A DNA stretch of 64,000 nt. Source: Macrostomum lignano. Taxonomy: Eukaryota. The first letter of the stretch is position 1; each line of letters opens with the position of its first letter. The stretch lies in NCBI GenBank assembly GCA_002269645.1, contig NIVC01003005.1:62134-126133 (forward strand), read 5' to 3'. The notes beneath the pieces are model-generated. The model worked only from the letters and a program-made list of their open reading frames with translations. It was not told where the DNA came from and ran no database searches. This document shows positions 1 through 13,629 of this stretch, piece by piece. Both the position numbers and the translations under genes were made by a program.

Positions 1-2339
1 CAACCCTGAAACTTGACTTTGAGCACTGTGTCTCTAACTCCAAAATTTTTGTTGGTAAGAGGCCAAGTCCTTGCTTCAGCATTTAGCAATGCCCCATGAG
101 ATCCAGAAGCAATACTTTGCTTGAGCAAGGCAATTCTACATGGCACTTGCAACTTTCCTGCAATCACACTATTGTGTTGTGCACTTTCGCAGTGCAAATG
201 CACCTTGCCCTCCCAGACAGTTTGGGTCACCCCTGTTTGCATCCATTTTTTGTTATCACCCCTTCTGAAAAGAGTCTGTAAAGGCAAATGCCTTTCTAAG
301 CAAATACCATAGAAAAAATCTGGCCCTGCAGATGGAAAAAAGAATCTAGAAAAGGCTGAGGATAATCTGGCTAAGAAAAAGTGCAAATTAGAGGCCAAGC
401 AATGAAGCATATGCATATGACAATTGACTCAAGTTTATAGAACATGGATTCAGAAGGATTAATTCAGGGGCTGCTAAAAGAAATAAGGCTAGATATTAAA
501 TGTGCTTCTAGTAGTGAATATAACTAAACATTTTCATACAAGCTTAATCCTTGATCTGCATCAAAAACTTATCTAGCATAAACTCATTAAACCACTAATT
601 AGCACAATTAACAGAAACAAGTGACTGATTAAATAGTAAGGTAGGCATATTATTGATTGAAATATTTGTATTTAATACTACTTGGTGTTTGAATGAGTTT
701 TATTATATATTTGAATTGAATCAAATCAGTTCAAAAATTTTTTTTTGTCTTATCTTTAGGCTTAGGCCTACTATACAGAAATTATAGTATCAATATAATG
801 TTTGATATTAATTGTCAAATTTAAACTAACAATGCTAAACATTCATCATTATTTCTAAAGACAATATAGAAGGTTAACATATTAATAAATAAAATTTAAG
901 AAGATCATAAACTAGTCTAATGCAAGTACAAACTACTTTGGCAATAGAGATTCACCATAGACAAATTTGGCAAAAGAGACTTTAGTAACAATCTAGTCAA
1001 GTTTAGCAATAATAATAAAATTATAATTATGGATAATTGCTAACCTAACCTATTAGGTAACAAACAAATTCATTGACAAAAACTCACTATGCCTGGCCTA
1101 TAGACAAATTTAGCAAAAGCAAATATTCAACAATAATCTAATAATAAAATTTGTCAATAATGTCAATGAAAAAGCAATTATATATAATTATTAACCAATT
1201 TTGTAACAACCAATTTTAGATTAACTCAAGACAAATTTAGCAGAAATAAATTTGGCAATAGGCCTTAATCTAGCTAGTCAGATACAATTTATATTAATAT
1301 ATTATAATCTTAATGCTATTTACATATTTTATTAAATATAAATCAAATACATATGAATATAGTGTGACTATTACCATTTTGACTAAAAATATTATCTTTT
1401 TGAATGTCACCTTTTTGATTGTCACATTTTTGATCTATTGCCTTTTTGACTTATAGCCATATGATAAGCTTAGGCCTATCTAGAGGTGCTAGTCATTTTA
1501 TCTACTAATACTAAATAGTTAGTCTATTAGGTACACAAAAGTTTTTTTTCTAAAACTGTTTGTCTATTAGGAAATAGGATGAAGATATAGAGTAAGATAT
1601 AAAGCTACCTAACAACCTTCTCATTTGCTGAAATGCTTTAGGGATATTGGTTTCCTCAAAAATGATAAATGCTATCTATGCATTATAGGCCTACTAGGGA
1701 CTCCTGGTCTCCTGGGACTATCAATTTTTAAATACATGCCCCAAAAATTCTTAGTGTCATTGATAGCATACAAGTTACTAGATAAGAATGGTTTTACAAG
1801 CTTGTAGAGAGCATGGAAATATGATATGCAACAACTCTAGATTTTAAATGAAAGCTTCTTAACAAATATGATTAATTTTTGTTTGACATTATGACAGGCT
1901 TAGTTATCTACAAAGTGTAAAGAATTAAATAATAAATAAGAATTACTATCAGTTGATATTTTTATCTTTACCAAGTTTTAAACAGCTTTTGTTCTACTGT
2001 TTTTAGCTTTTTATTGTAAATGTGCATATTGTAAAATTTGTAAAAATTATGGAGGAAGGACCCCTGCAGCGCTTTAACAATGTCAATGGAGAGGTTGTTG
2101 GGTAGCTCCCCACCCACTCCTCATCTCACCCCACCCTCATTTCCCAGCAGACAAACAGTTTTAGAAGACGAACTGTCAGCAGACGAATGAACTGGAAATG
2201 ATCATAAAATTTTGATGCCATAAGCTTTAAGGTCATAAGGAGGCGCAGTATCAGCAGGCTAGTATTATGCTAGGGAGTGTACCACATTTTGACACCTTTA
2301 CGTACATTTAAGATAGCAGAAGACTACGTTTGAAGCCTC

Positions 2340-2532
2340 CAGTAGCGCAACCAGAAATTTTTCAAGGGGGGGGCGGATTCTGAGGGTAAAGTCCCGGGAG
2401 GGGGGGGGGGCGGCGGAGGGGTGGCTCTGTTTTTGGCGAAAATTCGCTTGGTCCCCCCTTTGATTTTTTTTCGGTCCCCCGCCTAAGGGGGGGCGACCGC
2501 CCCCCCCCGCCCCCCCCCTGGTTGCGCCACTG
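2340..2532. mobile_element. hAT-type MITE (193 bp)
   Basis: 15-bp TIRs CAGTAGCGCAACCAG / CTGGTTGCGCCACTG (1 mismatch) and a perfect 8-bp target-site duplication GAAGCCTC at 2332-2339 and 2533-2540. CAG ends with an 8-bp TSD are characteristic of hAT elements. Confidence 0.88.
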
Positions 2533-4140
2533 GAAGCCTCAAACTAAAAACCAAGGACGACTTAAGTCGTCCTTGCTTAAAACACACTCAATCTGAGCTT
2601 TCTTAGAAGAGAATTATTTAAATTTATTGAAGCTTTAAGCTTTAAAGCTAATTCAAATAAAAACTAATGTGAAATTTTATTTGTGTTAGTAATCAGCATT
2701 TTAGAACTGGAAGATTTCGGTTTAATAGTCTATGTAAATCTGATTGTTAAAATATAAGTCGCCTTTCTTAGAAAAATGTTGTGCATGCATCATCTTCATT
2801 TAACCTCCTTGTCCTAAATCATGAAGTCCAAAAATACTTTTATTAAACGAACAGAAGGTTGCTTCACGGTAACCAAGCGACAGCAGCTGCATCTTTTTGC
2901 TAAATTCATATATTAAGAGATTTTCCAAAATGGCCTAAAATTGTTGTCTAAGTGACTATCGCCGAAATGTCTTGTCGCTAAAGTAAAGTCTAGGCGTAGT
3001 CTAAGACTTAAGTGTCCAACGCCGATGGTGATTGGTCTTGTCGCCGAAAGTAGATGGTAGCCGTTTGATTCCTATTCACTCTGTTAATATTCTCTGCTTT
3101 TACGAGTATTCTAATTCTAATCTAATATTTATTAGGTTTTTGTGTAATATGCTTATGCTTTATTACTATTAGAGTAACAACAACATTCAACAATGTCAAT
3201 AACAAGATAGGTTAGGCCTATTTGTTTTAAAAACAATAGAGAAACCCACTTTTGCCTCCTTACTGACCACCAAAAAAAGAAAGATGTGTTCTCTAGTCTA
3301 GTTTAAGTTTGAATTTTTTATGTTAACTTAAGGCCTTAATTGCAATGTTTTCATTGAAATATTAAATTTGTTGTGTTTTGTATTATTATTAGGCCTAGGC
3401 CTAGGCCTTTAGTTTTTATGGCTAGATTCTATGAGTATGACAGTTGTAGATTTTAGGATATGGGATATCTAGTTATAATACTGGTTTTTAATATGAAAAA
3501 GATAATTTGTACATTTTTTGTCCAAAAATAGGCCTAGCAAGTCTGTGTAGTAGTTTATATAAGGGGCCTAGACAAAAATATTTTGAAACTGTAGTTTTAT
3601 TTAGAAAAATAAAAAATGTTTTAGTAGATATAGTTACAAGTCATTTTATTTGCTGTCAGTTTTTCTGCCATCTTATTCCCAAATCTTACATTCCAATAGC
3701 TACAAAGAAAATTCTAATATACAATAGTCAATAGACTTGAAAAAAAGGTTGGCATAAAGTATCTAGCTTTCTAGTTCTAGCTATCTAATTAATTATGTAA
3801 TTTAGAGATACAGCCATATATATATATATATATATGTTTGTTTTCTTTTTTAATGCTAATTTTTTGTTTTAATGTATAATAAAATATGATCTAAATTATT
3901 GCTAGGCCTACAATAATTATGTTATTACAATTTTGCTTATTATGATATGAATTAATATGAGTTGTTTTAAAAGTCATTCCTTTCAAAAGTGTGACAATTA
4001 AAGCTAATTTGAATAATCACTATCAAAAGATAAGAAAGGGTTTTGGTTACAAACAAGGTAAAGCTAGAAATACTAAAAGAAGATTTGTCATCAAAGTTAA
4101 GAATCAATGCACAAAGTTAAAATTATAACGTTTAAAAATA

Positions 4141-4270
4141 GTCCATAGCCAAATGGTCTATGGTCAAAATGTCCATGGTCAAAATGGTCTATGGGCAAAA
4201 TGCCTGTGACCAAAATGGTCTATGGGCAAAATGTCCATGACCAAAATGGTTTATGGGCAAAATGACCAGT
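4141..4270. repeat. Short degenerate repeat (CAAAATG[G/T]C-core, about 15-20 bp)
   Basis: Repeated caaaatggtctatgg / caaaatgtccatg units with no CpG. Confidence 0.7.
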
Positions 4271-6338
4271 TAGGCCTACCTATTGGCATATAAAAGACCA
4301 AAATATTGTAATGTAAAAATGGTCTTATATTGCTACAATGCAAAAAAGGTTTTTATTGTTGCAATATCTTTTTTTAATGTCCAGTGTACATATCACAAGT
4401 ATATTTGTTCTTCTTGTGTAAATTTTAATTTATAGTGTAGCGGAATCATTTTTTCTAGTATACCATATAATAGATTTATGATTATGTGTCTGCCAGAGAT
4501 CTATGCTAAGATAGACAGTTTATCTGCTATTGTGTCCAATGAAAAAATATACCACAGTCCAGATCATGCTAGGTGCACAGCCAAACAAAAATTGAATAAT
4601 TATAAATGCATGCCAAAAAAATTAAGTGCACACATATTTTCAAATCTATGCCAGTATTGCAATAATAATGACCATTTGGGTTGAATAAAAACCCTTTTGG
4701 ATAATAATTTGGTTGATTTTTGGCTTTTTTGCCTATACTATTTATAGAAAAAAATCAATACACAGTAATATTTGTTCAAATGCCTTATTACAAGCTTAAA
4801 ATACCTAGAAAGCTTGAAATTTATGCTTAAAATGAGCTTTTTTATCTTTTTCCACCTAAGACTAACTCTTACTTGATTCTATAAAGTGCATACCAGGTGT
4901 GCAAGCACACTTCTTAGGAGTGATGCACATTAACTGTGTACATCTATTTTTGGCATGCAAGGCCAATAATGCATGCCCAAATTTTTAGGTATATACTACA
5001 TGATTTGGAGTGTGAACAATACCTATCAATAAAGCAGTAAAGAATGTATTGGTTCAAAGAGAAATTGCTGCAAAAACATATATTTTTACCATTTAGTGCA
5101 ACTTTTGTTAAGATAAATATAGATTATTAGATAATTATAGATGAATAAAGATTCATCTTAGGTTTTGAATGTATATTTTGGTAGAAATTTTGCACAAAGT
5201 AAGGCGACAAATGTTTTTCTCTGTGCCATTCTTGTAGTATTACAAATAATAAATAAACTTAATGTATAGTAGGGGCTTAAATACATTATAAAATCACATT
5301 TAAAATGTCAAAATCAAAGTGTAAAATCAGTTAAAATGAAAGCTAAATTATACAATGTCATATCTTCAAAATACGCTATGCAACAGACAAACAAACTATA
5401 ACATTTTCCCTTTGCTTTGAATATTAGGACTAAGCACAAATTAATTTATTAATCATATAATTGTAATATGCAATATATCATGTAGTCATGTAGAAATGAA
5501 CAATGAATGCATCCATCATTGAATAGTCATTTGTCTGCTGGCAAATAAACTAAGAGCAAACAAAATAATTGCATCCCATAGATATGCTAGTTGTTGCCAC
5601 AAAAATATGCACATATCAGACAAAAATAATTGCTCTTGAATTACTATGAATTTTGGTTGCCTGATCATCTTTCTAGGTAATTTTAGATTTTGGACTTCAC
5701 CCAAATTTGGATAAATAGCAGGAGTATTTATAACTATATTATTAAGGCTAAATATCTTGTGATCTAATTAAGACTGAATTCAGATTACTTCTATGTATTT
5801 TTAAAGTGGGCATTTTTGCAACTTACCTTGGCTAGGCCCTTTGCCAGTCAGCTAGATTGGCTAGCTTGGACAGGTATTGCAAGGAAATAGTCAAGGAAAT
5901 ATACATTAACATTTGGTACAAAAATCCTATGATAGTTGTAGCTAACTTGGTAAAGGTTTTGTGTGTAATGTATGAAACATCATGAAAACTAAATTTACTA
6001 TATAAAAGTACATATAAGTAGCTAATTTTTTGTGTATTTTTCTAATACTATACATGCTAGAACCATGCAAAAAACTTTGAAACTATTTTTATGATAGTCA
6101 TAGCTACTGCTACAATTTTGAGCTTTCAAGGCAAATTTCTCTTTTTTTAGAAAAGCCTTTTTAAAAAAAGCTTTCCAAAACTATGCATAAGGCAATATAG
6201 TCTAAAAGAAAATATATAAACCCATGTTATTTATAGGAAGCTAAAAATGAAATTAAAAAGACTATTATATATTGTAACACTTATTTTAGACTATATGTAG
6301 GCTTACATTATAATTTTGCAAAAACTGTCATTTATTCA

Positions 6339-6649
6339 CAGTGGTAGATCTAGAGTTTCATTTTGGGGGAGGGGGGCAGTCTAAGTTTGGACACAAATAT
6401 AAGGGTGCCAATTTTTTAAGCTAGGGGGTGCCAAAGATGTATATATAGGGCAAAAAGTCAAGCTTAAGGGTGCAAAAATGCATGTAGAGGGTGAAAAGTC
6501 AAACTTAGAGGCACAAAAAGGGCATTGAGGGGGGGGGCAAAAAATCAAGTTTAGGGGGTGCAAACTCATGTTTTGGGGGGCACAATGTTCTTTCAGGCTC
6601 ATTTAGAGGGGGGGGGGTGGCTGCCCCACCTCCCCTAAATCCAACCCTG
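6339..6649. mobile_element. Decayed MITE with G/C-run interior
   Basis: Ends CAGTGGTAGATCTAG and CTAAATCCAACCCTG form imperfect inverted repeats (about 11/15). The G-run-rich interior resembles the 2340 element. No TSD recognisable. Confidence 0.5.
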
Positions 6650-7689
6650 ATCTAAACTATGGGTACCTCTACAAAAAGAAAAATATATATGCAATGAAAT
6701 ATGCTAGGCATGTAATGCAAGTATAATATATTACATCCAAACCTAAATATTTGTTAATCTATAGTTGTTTTATGTATTCATGTATAAACTCAGCATTATA
6801 TAAGCCATGTTTTCTTAGTTATGATTTTAAAAATGTGAAAGTTGAATGTAGTTTATAGCAAATTACCCAAAAATATAGGTCAGGCAATGTTGTCTATTTA
6901 ATGATTTATCTTAGTTATACTATAAGTTACATCTTTTTATTTTTGGCTAAAAGAGAAAGTTCTTGCAGTTTCCAAAGTTAAGCCTATATAAATTTCTAGA
7001 AACTTACAGAAGGTTTTGTGTGCAGAGGTGTATAAATGCCATTGACTGATGCAGATCAACCCAAATTAAGTTTCAGGTATAGAGCTACAGTACCTTTACA
7101 TTTACTTAAAGTATTTCAATTCATAGTGGGCTTTATTAAAAACTGCAAGAACTTTCTGTTTTACCAAATATATAATTCCATTTGGCTAGGTAAGCTTTTA
7201 GGCTTGTTTCATAACTGAGGTAGTTAAACATGACATTTTTTCTTAAAATGGTATGCATATTTATTATATTTGTCTAAAAATCAGACTAATGCAAAGCGGC
7301 ATATATTAAAACTAAAAAAATTTTCAACTAGAGCCTTAGTGTTTTTATTCTTCCTTGAGCAATAATATCAGTTTTCCCCTTAAGTCCTAACTTTAAAGTC
7401 TCATTTGATTTTTGTGTTATTGTAGTATTCTATATTACTAACATGGCATCTTGAAAGACTATGTACACTTGTACAGTGTGCTAATTCTTTATGAAATAGA
7501 AACCTGTTTAAATAGAAAGCTAATTCATACAGCATATAATTCTGTTTGCTTCATGACAATGCCATTGATTTCTTGTTCAATCTAACATTAAGTCGCTAGT
7601 TAGTCAGATTTCCAAGTCACAAGCATTCCTAGGTGGCAAAAAAGATTAAAAGATTTCCGCACTATACTACTTGAATTAGTAGCTAAAAG

Positions 7690-9328
7690 ATGAATAAATT
7701 ATTAAGCATGGAAGATGAATACGAATCACTGCTGCCAGATAGCACGCCCAGTCAGCACATGATTGCGGGAGCCTGCGCCGGGGTGATGGAGCACACCATT
7801 GTGTATCCGGTTGATTGCGTCAAAACCCGGCTGCAGTGCCTGCGCCCGCTTGAAGGTGCTCGCTATGCCGGCTTGATCGACGGCCTGAGAACACTGATGC
7901 AAACTGAGGGCATTGGAAGGTCGCTGCGCGGCATCGGCGCCGTGGTTGCCGGAGCTGGGCCCGCCCACGCAATGTACTTTTCCTGCTACGAACAGGGCAA
8001 ACGGAGCCTATTGGGTCTGGGCTGGAATGAACGGGCCAGCTATCTAGTTAGCGCTATTGGGGCTACTCTTCTGCACGACGCTATTATGACGCCCGCAGAT
8101 GGTCAGTTGCTCTTGATATTAGCAAATTGTCACTTCTTGCTTGTTGCTAGGCGGCTCCAGGTGTGATATTTTGTTTCAGAAGACTGATGTGAGTTTCTCA
8201 GTTTGATGAGAGTGACATTCCTGGTGTGAGTTTCCCAGTTTGATGAGGGTGACATTCCTGGTGTGAGTTTCCCAGTTTGATGAGAGTGACATTCCTGGTG
8301 TGAGCTTTCCAGTTTGATGAGTGACATTCCTGGTGTGAGTTTTCCAGTTTGATGAGAGTGACATTCCTGGTGTGGGTTTCTCAGTTTGATAAGGGTGACA
8401 TTCCTGGTGTGAGTTTCCCAGTTTGATGAGTGACATTCCTGCTGTTGGTTTCCTAGTTTGATGAGAGTGACATTCCTGGTGTGAGTTTTACAGTTTGATG
8501 AGAGTGACATTCCTGGTGTGGGTTTCTCAGTTTGATAAGGTTGACATTCCTGGTGTGAGTTTCCCAGTTTGATGAGAGTGACATTCCTGGTGTGAGTTTC
8601 CCAGTTTGATGAGAGTGACATTCCGGTCTGAGACCCCAGCCTTGTACAAATCAAAGAGCTGCTCAACCCCAGAACAGGTACCGTGGTTAACTTGCAAAGT
8701 CTGCAATAGCTGGCACCACCCCATTGCACCCGCAGCTGTCAAGCAGCGAGTCCAGATGTTCCGCTCCCCCTACTCCGGCTGCATCGACTGTCTCCGCTCC
8801 GTTCTCCGTTCCGAAGGCGTCTCGGCTCTGTACCGCGCCTACGGCACCCAGCTGAGCATGAACATACCCTTTCATATGGTACATTTTAGCGCCTACGAGT
8901 TGGGTCAGGATCTGCTCAATCCTCAGAGGAATTACGCACCCCATACTCACGTACTAAGCGGAGGTTTTGCCGGCGTTTGCGCCGCCGCCTGCACCAACCC
9001 GTTGGACGTCTGCAAGACCCTGCTGAACACTCAGGAACGATGCGCACTGCAGGCCGCTGGCACCGCTGCCAGCACTGAGATCGGTGGCCCCGCCGCTGCT
9101 GCCGCCTCCAGCCCGACTCAGAATCGAGTAATTATCAGTTCATTCTTATCCGCAGCTAAAACTGTTTACCAACTAGAAGGCCTATCGGGTTATTTTCGCG
9201 GAGTACAAGCCAGGGTGGTGTTTCAAATGCCCGGCACCGCTATCTCTTGGTCCGTGTACGAAACCTTTAAATGGTATTTGAGGCAGAGATCCGCCAATGC
9301 CAAGCAGCAGCAGAGCCAGCAAACTTAG
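7690..9328 (+). CDS. mfrn: Mitoferrin (mitochondrial iron carrier, SLC25A37/SLC25A28 family); join(7690..8101,8736..9328), 334 aa
   Basis: N-terminal EDEYESL...HMIAGACAGVMEH motif typical of mitoferrins. Three carrier signatures PxDxxKxR/PxDxxKxR-like (PVDCVKTRLQ, PADAVKQRVQ across the splice, PLDVCKTLLN). Donor GATG|gtcagt at 8101/8102 and acceptor cgcag|CTGTC at 8735/8736 give 1005 nt in frame. The start could be 7690 or the ATG at 7708. Confidence 0.93.
8180..8625 (+). repeat. 37-bp minisatellite (about 12 copies) in the mitoferrin intron
   Basis: Unit GTGACATTCCTGGTGTGAGTTTCCCAGTTTGATGAGA, with 35-bp variants. Confidence 0.95.
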
Positions 9329-9479
9329 CCTTAACTCGCGCTTGTTCCAGCATCCTCTGATCCCTCCTTGACCTGTCCTTAACCGTTCGCGCTTATTGTA
9401 GAATAGCTGGCCTTTTTGGTTAGCTCTGCCGCGAAAGATAGAGTGAGATTATCCAATTGATTCTGTTATGTATCGGGGT

Positions 9480-10495
9480 TCAGATTATCCTATGTTTATC
9501 TATGAAGGTCAGATTATCAATCTGTTGTCTATGGGGCTGAGATTATCAATCTGTTGGCTATGGAGGGGTTGAGATTATCAATCTGTTGTCTTTAGGGGGG
9601 CTGAGATTATCTATCTGTTGGCTATGTAGGGGCTGAGATTATCAATCTGTTGTTTATGGGGGTTGAGATTATCAATCTGTTGTCTTTAGGGGGGTTGAGA
9701 TTATCAATCTGTTGTCTTTAGGGGGGTTGAGATTATCAATCTGTTGTCTATGAAGGTCAGATTATCAATCTGTTGTCTATGGGGCTGAGATTATCAATCT
9801 GTTGGCTATGGAGGGGTTGAGATTATCAATCTGTTGTCTTTAGGGGGGCTGAGATTATCTATCTGTTGGCTATGTAGGGGCTGAGATTATCAATCTGTTG
9901 TTTATGGGGGTTGAGATTATCAATCTGTTGTCTTTAGGGGGGTTGAGATTATCAATCTGTTGTCTATGGGGGTTGAGATTATCAATCTGTTATCTATGGG
10001 GGCTGAGATTATCAATCTGTTGGCTATGGAGGGGCTGAGATTATCAATCTGTTGTTTATGGGGGTTGAGATAATCAATCTGTTGTCTATGAGGGCTGAGA
10101 TTATCAATCTGTTGTCTTTAGGGGGGGGGTTGAGATTATCAATCTGTTGTCTATGGGGGTTGAGATTATCAATCTGTTATCTATGGGGGCTGAGATTATC
10201 AATCTGTTATCTATGGGGGCTGAGATTATCAATCTGTTGGCATTGGGGCTGAGATTATCAATCTGTTGTCTATAGGGGGGCTGAGATTATCAATCTGTTG
10301 GCTATGGGGCTGAGATTATCAATTTGTTGTTTATAGGGGGGCTGAGATTATCAATCTGTTGTATATGGAGGGGCTGTGATTATCAATCTGTTGTCTATGG
10401 AGGGGCTGAGATTTATCAATCTGTTGTCTATGGAGGGGCTGAGATTATCAATCTGTTGTCTATGGGGGGCTGTGATTATCAATCTGTTGTCTATG
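9480..10495. repeat. About 30-bp minisatellite downstream of the mitoferrin stop
   Basis: Unit GAGATTATCAATCTGTTGTCTATGGGGG(G)TT with a variable G run. Confidence 0.95.
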
Positions 10496-11221
10496 GTTTC
10501 AATAAACAGCACGACAATTTAGGCTTGTCATTACTAATGTCTATACCGATAGTAAATTCTGTAAGCATTAGTATTCAGTTGATTTTCAATCGCACCTTTG
10601 AGCTTGATCCATTCAATATGCCGAGAAGTGTGTTTGACCCCAGTGACTTCGTTGCATATATTCTAAATCGCGCTTTGCTTTAAACGTTATTTAGTAGTTT
10701 GTGTGTGTTTCTATTAGGTTACCCTGTACTGATTTGCTTTGATTGATTTCACCTCCTATGGGTTGCATTATTTACTAATTTTTTATCCCGTCTCCGCTTC
10801 CAAGTGTGCTAAATCAACTGAGATAAACTAATTTGCTTCAAGACTTCTGTGCTTGTCCTGTTACTCCTAAGCTAGCTGAAATTGATTAGCTGAATTATAA
10901 CACTTGTATTCAATTAGAAAACATTACAATTAAAACCAATTTAAAATCCGTACTATACTACTTGTATCGGCTTGTCTGTGTCAGTAGTGCGTTTGCGAAT
11001 AGCTTTAATTTTTGTTCAATGTCAACTTTCTTCTATGTATGCGCTGATCTCTTTTACGGTTGTCTCGCGTGCTCCGCTCTAAACTGCGCCTGTGCTCCAT
11101 TGCAGCTGGCATTTGCAGTTCTCAATTGTGAGGATTTCAAGCCAGTCTAGAGCATTAATCTGCATTGATTTGCTGTTGCCTGACCTGGCTGTCTTAATGA
11201 GAAATAAAGCTGGGGAATCGA

Positions 11222-11275
11222 TCAGACAGACAGACAGACTGACAGACAGGCAGGCAGTCAGACAGACAGACAGAA

Positions 11276-11323
<48 letters not shown>

Positions 11324-11340
11324 GACAGACACATAAACAC

Positions 11341-11424
<84 letters not shown>

Positions 11425-11485
11425 GCAGGCAGACACATAAACACACAGACAGACAGACAGACAGACAGACACAGGCAGGCAGGCA
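11222..11485. repeat. (CAGA)n microsatellite
   Basis: Direct reading; the SVCL/RQTD ORFs here are artefacts. Confidence 0.97.
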
Positions 11486-12579
11486 GAGCAGCACCCTGGG
11501 GCCAGTCAGTGATTGCTTTTACAAACGCATTACGCACAATGCTGAGACCATTATGGGCCATTGTTCACAACGCAGCACCCTTGGTGGCAACAATGACTTT
11601 TTTAGAGGGCGCTTTAGTGAAAAGGTTGCGCCGTACTTTCTTTACTTTTTCATTGTAATTCGCTTTAAAGGAAGCAATTTATTGTTTATGTGGACTACTG
11701 GAAACTGCTTCGCATTGCTTGCGCTCGAATAAATATTTTGTGACAATTTCCGTTTTCTCGCGCTCTTCCCGCGTTCGTGTCTATTTTCTAAGAATTAATT
11801 TGCAGTGTGTATGTAGAGATGATGCCCGCAGTCATTGTCCGTGTTATTTTTTATTTAATAGACTAATAAACCGTAATTACACAGTTGCCGTTGATAAAAA
11901 TGGTCTTATTTATATTTATTTATAAATACGTTAGTAAGTAAATAGCATTGTTGAGCAATGGAGCTGAGCAGTTGTTTTGTGTCACAGAGACATTCGCGAA
12001 CCTTTTGGAGTTGAAAATTCAATTGGAAGTTTTTCTATGTTATTCTTTTTTGCCGTTTATCGCATTTATTGACATGTACACTCTGTACGCAGAGTCAATT
12101 ATCGTACACTTAAGCCCCAACTGAATGTGGCCTTGCATGGAATCGGTCGTAGTCGTAGCGTGATAGCCAGACGCTGAACGTAACGGAGCAACGCAAGTAC
12201 ACGCAATTCAATAATACTGGCTAAGCTTTTTGTTGCACATCTTCTCAGACAAAAAATCAAGTCGCTGGCCCTCCAGATAGCTCGTATTCAACATTTCTGC
12301 CAACATTCTGCCAAGCTTCACCAAATTTCATCAGGACGTTGACCACATGTGTCTGCATCAGCTCTGACTTCATTCGTCTCTGGCCTTCACCCAGGCGGAG
12401 CTTTTGGACCTTTAAAAGGTGGCACCAGGTGACTAAGGACACTCTGTTGCGAGTTTCTCTGATATCGCTGATCAAACCTCGACTGGTATCAAGTCTCAAC
12501 TGATAGGTGATCCTCAAATTATCTCTTAAACATTCGGGCGTCATCTTAGACGCCGTCGACTCTTGACGACTCTTAATAA

Positions 12580-13000
12580 TCACTCAACGGAGTCTTGACA
12601 TTGATTTAATAGAATACGAGTATTCTTAAGAGCTGGAAAAAATCTTGATGATAAATCAACGGAATCTTAATTACGAGCCATATCTAAACGGAATCTTGAT
12701 AGTGACTCAACGGAAACTTAACGATGACTTAACTAAATCTTAATGATGACTCAACTAAATCTTAATGATGGCTCAACTAAATCTTAATGATGACTCAACG
12801 GAAACTTAACGATGACTTAACTAAATCTTAATGATGACTCAACTAAATCTTAATGATGACTCAACTAAATCTTAATGATGACTCAACGGAAACTTAACGA
12901 TGACTTAACTAAATCTTAATGATGACTCAACTAAATCTTAATGATGGCTCAACGGAATCTGATGATGTCTCGATGGAATCTTGATGGTGGCTAAAATAGG
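12580..13000. repeat. Degenerate 21-22-bp satellite (GATGACTCAACGGAATCTTAAT)
   Basis: Same family as 14690-15575. Confidence 0.85.
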
Positions 13001-13629
13001 CTCGTAGTCTTGACAATGGCTCCACGGAATCTGGACAGTTATAATCTCTCAAGCCTTCATTCATCATCCAGACGCCGTCGCCTCCTTCAACGGGTGACAC
13101 CAGGGGACGAGGAACACCTAAACGAAAGTTTTTACTGTCACGCGAATCGAACTTAAGATAAAAAATGCTATTACAATCCACATGTAGGTACAATAGCAAC
13201 AATCATTATGTTTGCGCTAATTTTCCTTGTTTTTTATTGTTAATACTTCGTCGTGGCTCGTAGTAATAAGATTTTAAGAACAGAAACCTCTGTTTACTCA
13301 ACTATCAGCGGGTTGGGTGCCCTTGTACTTTTTTAGTTTGACTTGGGTGCGTCAGCGAGTCTCTGCTGAGATGCTTTTAACTCGGTATTCTAGATAATTA
13401 TCCTACCTAATAAGTCTCTGGGTCGTCACGTTTGTCGTGTCAATCCCTCTATACTTTGACTTTGAAATCGCAAAGTTTTTATGAGCCTTAGTTGAAGTCA
13501 GCCATTAATGTTTTGTGTTCTTTGTATAAGTTCGTGGCTAGCCTGATAATTAGTGCTTTCGGAATAGAGATGCTGTGTCAGTAATCATCAAAATTAAATT
13601 AATTCATTTCACAGAAAAATCAATCCATT

